Part shown: positions 60,413 through 64,000 of the stretch, piece by piece
Layout: the number at the start of each line of letters is the position of its first letter
Numbering within the stretch: the stretch's first letter is position 1
The notes under the pieces: model-generated
Database searches by the model: none
Told to the model about the DNA's origin: nothing
Seen by the model: the letters and a program-made list of their open reading frames with translations, nothing else
Program-made: the position numbers and the translations under genes
Source: a virus
Virus record (IMG/VR): IMGVR_UViG_3300028610_001072
Coordinates: 1 to 64,000 of that record
Length of the DNA: 64,000 nt
Direction: 5' to 3' (one strand)

Positions 60413-60796
60413 TTATTTCAGGTGGCTGGGAAGCTCAATACCGAGTTCGTTTTTCACGGTCTGAGCAAAATCATCATCGCGGTATTCGGTCTGATCGGAT
60501 TCCTTTCCGGGAATCGTCATTTCAGCGCCGCATCGCGGGCAGAGGTCGTCCGAGCCGGGATGAGGCGGCCCCTCATACTTACAATCTTCACAATGCGGTA
60601 TGAGAGCCTTGCGTTGTTCCTCGACCCGACGGTCTAATTCCTGATGAATATAGAATTCTTGGTGAATTCCTTCATCAGTCATATCCAAATAGCGTTGGTC
60701 GGTTGGGGGGAAATTGTATTTTCTCCTGAACCAAATCCGAGTAAAGTCTTTATCTAGGAGCGATAATGCCTCAGCTTTGATCCTTTCCCTCTCCAT
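60413..60796 (-). CDS. Tail assembly chaperone (second ORF)
   Basis: WFRRKYNFPPTDQRYLDMT; between chaperone and tape measure. Confidence 0.65.
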   Translation of the reverse strand: MERERIKAEALSLLDKDFTRIWFRRKYNFPPTDQRYLDMTDEGIHQEFYIHQELDRRVEEQRKALIPHCEDCKYEGPPHPGSDDLCPRCGAEMTIPGKESDQTEYRDDDFAQTVKNELGIELPSHLK

Positions 60797-61133
60797 CGCC
60801 GGAGTCTGGATCGGTAGATTTCTCTTTCCTGAGAAACAACCCGGACTTTACAGTCCATTCCTTCCATAACTCATCAAACTGATCGGATTGCAAGGACTCG
60901 ACGCCTTCAAAATCCTCCGGCGCTTTAACCAATCGACCTTCCATCTCACTGGTTCTGAGCAGATTAAATGCTGCATTTACTTCTGTCGTATTTGGCGACT
61001 GCATCATCTGGCCGTACATGCCATTTGAGATAGTCGCCCTATGAACCGCGATCTGGTTTTGTTCTCCAATAGTGAGGATATTTTTGAAGGTGAATCCTCC
61101 AAATGATACCTTCACTGTCGTAGTTTTATCCAT
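60771..61133 (-). CDS. Tail assembly chaperone
   Basis: Directly downstream of the tube gene. Confidence 0.65.
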   Translation of the reverse strand: MDKTTTVKVSFGGFTFKNILTIGEQNQIAVHRATISNGMYGQMMQSPNTTEVNAAFNLLRTSEMEGRLVKAPEDFEGVESLQSDQFDELWKEWTVKSGLFLRKEKSTDPDSGDGEGKDQS

Positions 61134-61160
61134 TTTATTTTTCCCTATGTGGATAATTTA

Positions 61161-61595
61161 CTATGGTGAATTTACTGGCTCACCATACATACCTGAACCG
61201 CTCCGCTGAGTGATCGCATTCTCCCCTACCGTTAGGCTGAGGTTGCCAACCTTGCAGCCGGAAATGGTTGCAATATTCTCACCTGTGTACTTGTCCTCGA
61301 TAACAATAATAAATCCCTCTTGTGTGAGGATATATTTCACTATGTCCTTGACGGTTTTACCCGCCCGTGGCCCAAATTTGAGGTCCGCGACAGTGCTCTC
61401 AGTCAGCACAAGTGATGTGAAATTGAAGTTGCCAGAGAACCGAAGAGCCACGATCTCAAAGGGTTCCATTTGCCCGATGGCATAGGCCCCTTGAAGCCCA
61501 TAGTCTTCATTCTCGGTGATGGTGCTCATCACACCAACTTTGGTGCCCCCGAAGAACACCAAGACTCTGGCACCGTGTACTACTTTTTTACTCAT
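61161..61595 (-). CDS. Tail tube protein
   Basis: 144 aa after sheath; DYGLQGAYAIGQMEPFEIV. Confidence 0.85.
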   Translation of the reverse strand: MSKKVVHGARVLVFFGGTKVGVMSTITENEDYGLQGAYAIGQMEPFEIVALRFSGNFNFTSLVLTESTVADLKFGPRAGKTVKDIVKYILTQEGFIIVIEDKYTGENIATISGCKVGNLSLTVGENAITQRSGSGMYGEPVNSP

Positions 61596-61622
61596 GAGTA
61601 TAGTCTCCTAATTTTGGGCTAA

Positions 61623-63347
61623 TTACAGGACCGCGACGGTCTCAATTAAGAAGAAATTGAATGGATTATTTAGCCTGATTGGAACCTTCACGCTCCAGCC
61701 ATCATCCAATCTGGTAGCCGCCACCGGCTCCCATGCTGGCAAGGGATTATCTGGATCAGAATCATCTCCTGCTAATACACCCTCGGCTTCCTTGGCCTTG
61801 CAGTGGGCTTCGACGAATCCAATTATGGTTGCCCGGCCTACCCCAACCGTCCCGCCAACGAATTCTCTAGCAGCGGCGACTTCCAGCTCTTTATTGAACT
61901 GTCCCGCAGATCGCATTAACGAAATCTCCGGGGATGACTGACTAGCCACATCCCACAAGTTCAGATTGTTCTGGAGAGTATTCACCCCTTGGGTGATCAC
62001 CAGCCCAACACTTTCCATATTCTTCGGAGAAATCGCACCGGCACGAATCAATGTTTCCCGTTGTGCTTTGCTGAATTCGTATTGCAATCCCTGAGCACTG
62101 AAGACCTTCAGGGTTAATGGCTCCTGTACCGGCAGCCCCGCTGCCAGTCCCGCACATTTTGCGGCAAAGAATTTGGGAGCGATGGCTTCTGCTCCTGATC
62201 CGTCATCCGCAAAGTCATCAATCCCACAGGCCACCAATGCCCCGTAGGCAGTATTCATCACTGCCGCTGCCGCTGCCGTTACTGAAACTGATAATGCGGC
62301 TGTGGCCTGAGTGACAAGGCCGAAAAATCCCATACGGAAAAAGGTATTCGACTGGCAATGGGCTGTGACCAAGGCATGATCTGCTGCTGTCTCTGAATCG
62401 ATCCAGATGACCTGACAGTTTGCCTCTTCAATCAGGGTCAGAGCAGCGGTGATTGCTGATGTATCCATCGCAGGGGATGTCCCGCCTGCAAGTAAGGCCC
62501 ACGTAGCCTGTGTAGTAAGCTGAGTCCCATCGACGACTACCGTACCGTCCACGTATGCACTGAGGCTATCCAGAGCATGTTTGGCGATATTCGGATAAGC
62601 TTCCAAGTTCACCGCAGCGGTTTTCACGTCCGCCGCCGCCAGAGTGTTCAGGAAGATACTGGTCAATGTGCCGGTGCCTGATGGTGCAAGACCGAAAATC
62701 GTACATTCCCAATCCGCCAAGGCATCGATAATCGCTACCAGTTTCGAGATGGTATTGTAATCTGACTGGGTGAGATCATAATCGAATTCGACCTCGTCTG
62801 TGGCCGTGGCCCCAGACGCCCCGATTATATGATCCCCTGCTGTGACCTCAATATCTGCCAAGGTTGCGGCCCCGACATATTGAATCGTCATCGCCAGATC
62901 AAGGTTATCAAAAACCTCAAGGTCGTCGGCATAGGCCACGGAGATTTTTGTTGAGTTGGCTGTGGTTCCATCTTCGATTTTAATCTTGATGCTATTAACC
63001 CACAGACCATAATCTTTTGATACTATTTTACCGCTGGTAGCATCATGCTCAGCGGTCGTTGCTGTTTGAGCACGGACAAATCCGCAATAGGGCGCTCCGT
63101 TATGCTGGGGAGAGGGGTTAAAAATATACCCCATCGCCCGCAAGGCGTCACCGCCTCTGAGCACATCTTTTGCACCCGGTTTATCGGTGAACCAGTGAAT
63201 TTCGCTGGGTGCTCCCCCCTCGCTTTCACCAATTACGATCACCCTGCCCGTAGCCAACGGATTGGCTTTGGGTGTGACCCCGACAGTAATTTTGCTTGCT
63301 GCCTGTGGCTCAACCAGAATTCTGTTGTCAAATTTCTGTTGGCTCAT
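61623..63347 (-). CDS. Contractile tail sheath protein
   Basis: IGESEGGAP...LRGGDAL, SKDYG, EPLTLK, ITQGVNT; resembles SPO1/K-like sheaths. Confidence 0.9.
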   Translation of the reverse strand: MSQQKFDNRILVEPQAASKITVGVTPKANPLATGRVIVIGESEGGAPSEIHWFTDKPGAKDVLRGGDALRAMGYIFNPSPQHNGAPYCGFVRAQTATTAEHDATSGKIVSKDYGLWVNSIKIKIEDGTTANSTKISVAYADDLEVFDNLDLAMTIQYVGAATLADIEVTAGDHIIGASGATATDEVEFDYDLTQSDYNTISKLVAIIDALADWECTIFGLAPSGTGTLTSIFLNTLAAADVKTAAVNLEAYPNIAKHALDSLSAYVDGTVVVDGTQLTTQATWALLAGGTSPAMDTSAITAALTLIEEANCQVIWIDSETAADHALVTAHCQSNTFFRMGFFGLVTQATAALSVSVTAAAAAVMNTAYGALVACGIDDFADDGSGAEAIAPKFFAAKCAGLAAGLPVQEPLTLKVFSAQGLQYEFSKAQRETLIRAGAISPKNMESVGLVITQGVNTLQNNLNLWDVASQSSPEISLMRSAGQFNKELEVAAAREFVGGTVGVGRATIIGFVEAHCKAKEAEGVLAGDDSDPDNPLPAWEPVAATRLDDGWSVKVPIRLNNPFNFFLIETVAVL

Positions 63348-63357
63348 AATTCGCTCC

Positions 63358-63633
63358 TTATGACTTTAAGTATTCCTCAATAAGTTTTTCCCAGTCGCCA
63401 AAGGTCCGGGAACGTAGCGGCTCTTGTTTGGCCGTCTTCATCCAGACTCTAAATCCCTGCTCGAGCACGAATGTAATATCATCACGCTTGGCATTTTCCT
63501 TATACTCAGAAAACGAAATCAACTGCAAAGGTTTCTGCTCCGGCTTTTCCTTTGGGGCTGTTTTTTTGGCTTCAGCCTTTGGGGTATCGGATGCTGCCTC
63601 TGGAGTAATATCCTGCTGCTCATTTTTTGCCAT
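63358..63633 (-). CDS. Hypothetical virion-associated protein
   Basis: 91-aa ORF upstream of sheath. Confidence 0.55.
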   Translation of the reverse strand: MAKNEQQDITPEAASDTPKAEAKKTAPKEKPEQKPLQLISFSEYKENAKRDDITFVLEQGFRVWMKTAKQEPLRSRTFGDWEKLIEEYLKS

Positions 63634-63644
63634 TGGTTTTGTCC

Positions 63645-63992
63645 CTAGTTCTGAGGCTCGCCCTTACCTTCCAGCCATGATGCAAGGTTGGGCTGCAATG
63701 TGACCTCTGAGGAGATGGCGCAGGAAAGCATCATCATGCCCCCTACTTGGACCCTATCCCTCACCGCCTCATTTATCACATCGCCCTCAATTAAAATTTC
63801 TACCCATTCCATATCACCGCCCTCTCCACGTATGCAATATTGGCGGATGAACTCTTTTGATTCTCGGAACATCTTGGTGATCGTGTCCCGACGTATCGAG
63901 TTGGGGTCTTCCCAGACCACCTGAATATTATCCATCTCCAGCTCGCCGTAGGTATTCTTTAGGTCTGCTTCGAGCTGCCTGAAATAACCCAT
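63645..63992 (-). CDS. Neck/tail completion-region protein (possibly truncated by the window edge)
   Basis: Frame stays open to the window end; upstream of sheath. Confidence 0.5.
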   Translation of the reverse strand: MGYFRQLEADLKNTYGELEMDNIQVVWEDPNSIRRDTITKMFRESKEFIRQYCIRGEGGDMEWVEILIEGDVINEAVRDRVQVGGMMMLSCAISSEVTLQPNLASWLEGKGEPQN

Positions 63993-64000
63993 GTACTGAT

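Noticed and set aside
1-64000. Numerous plus-strand ORFs in the six-frame track
   Set aside because: They are antisense shadows of tightly tiled minus-strand genes and lack motifs; only 42992..43318 is supported
1-64000. Prophage boundaries, integrase or host genes
   Set aside because: No integrase, att-like duplication or housekeeping genes recognised; lifestyle and host cannot be determined from this window

Overview
A 64-kb segment of a tailed, contractile-tail (myovirus-type) bacteriophage genome. Almost all genes are on the minus strand. In transcription order (right to left): a tail module (sheath, tube, chaperones, tape measure, baseplate, fibres; 64.0-43.4 kb); a short divergent control region with the only convincing plus-strand gene (a J-domain protein) and an RHH regulator; a replication/recombination block (fused Mre11-Rad50/SbcD-SbcC, replication initiator with internal iterons, RuvC-like nuclease, minimal PolX, radical SAM, Spo11/Topo VI-A-like Toprim protein); about 20 kb of small accessory ORFs (ASCH, SLT-like, sulfotransferase, DNA amino-MTase); then terminase subunits, a tRNA-His, portal and head morphogenesis genes. 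The standout is 10.57-13.35 kb. A 298-aa stand-alone Nop/IS110-like RNA-binding protein with no nuclease domain is followed by a coupled 40-aa membrane micro-ORF and a ~1.75-kb non-coding array of ~48 units with a 36-nt period (9-nt repeat A, ~9-nt spacer, 9-nt repeat B, ~9-nt spacer). This matches a TIGR-Tas (TasA-type) RNA-guided system. Directly downstream are two paralogous ORFs resembling Tad1/Acb2-type anti-defence proteins. All family assignments come from motif recognition by eye; no searches were run.
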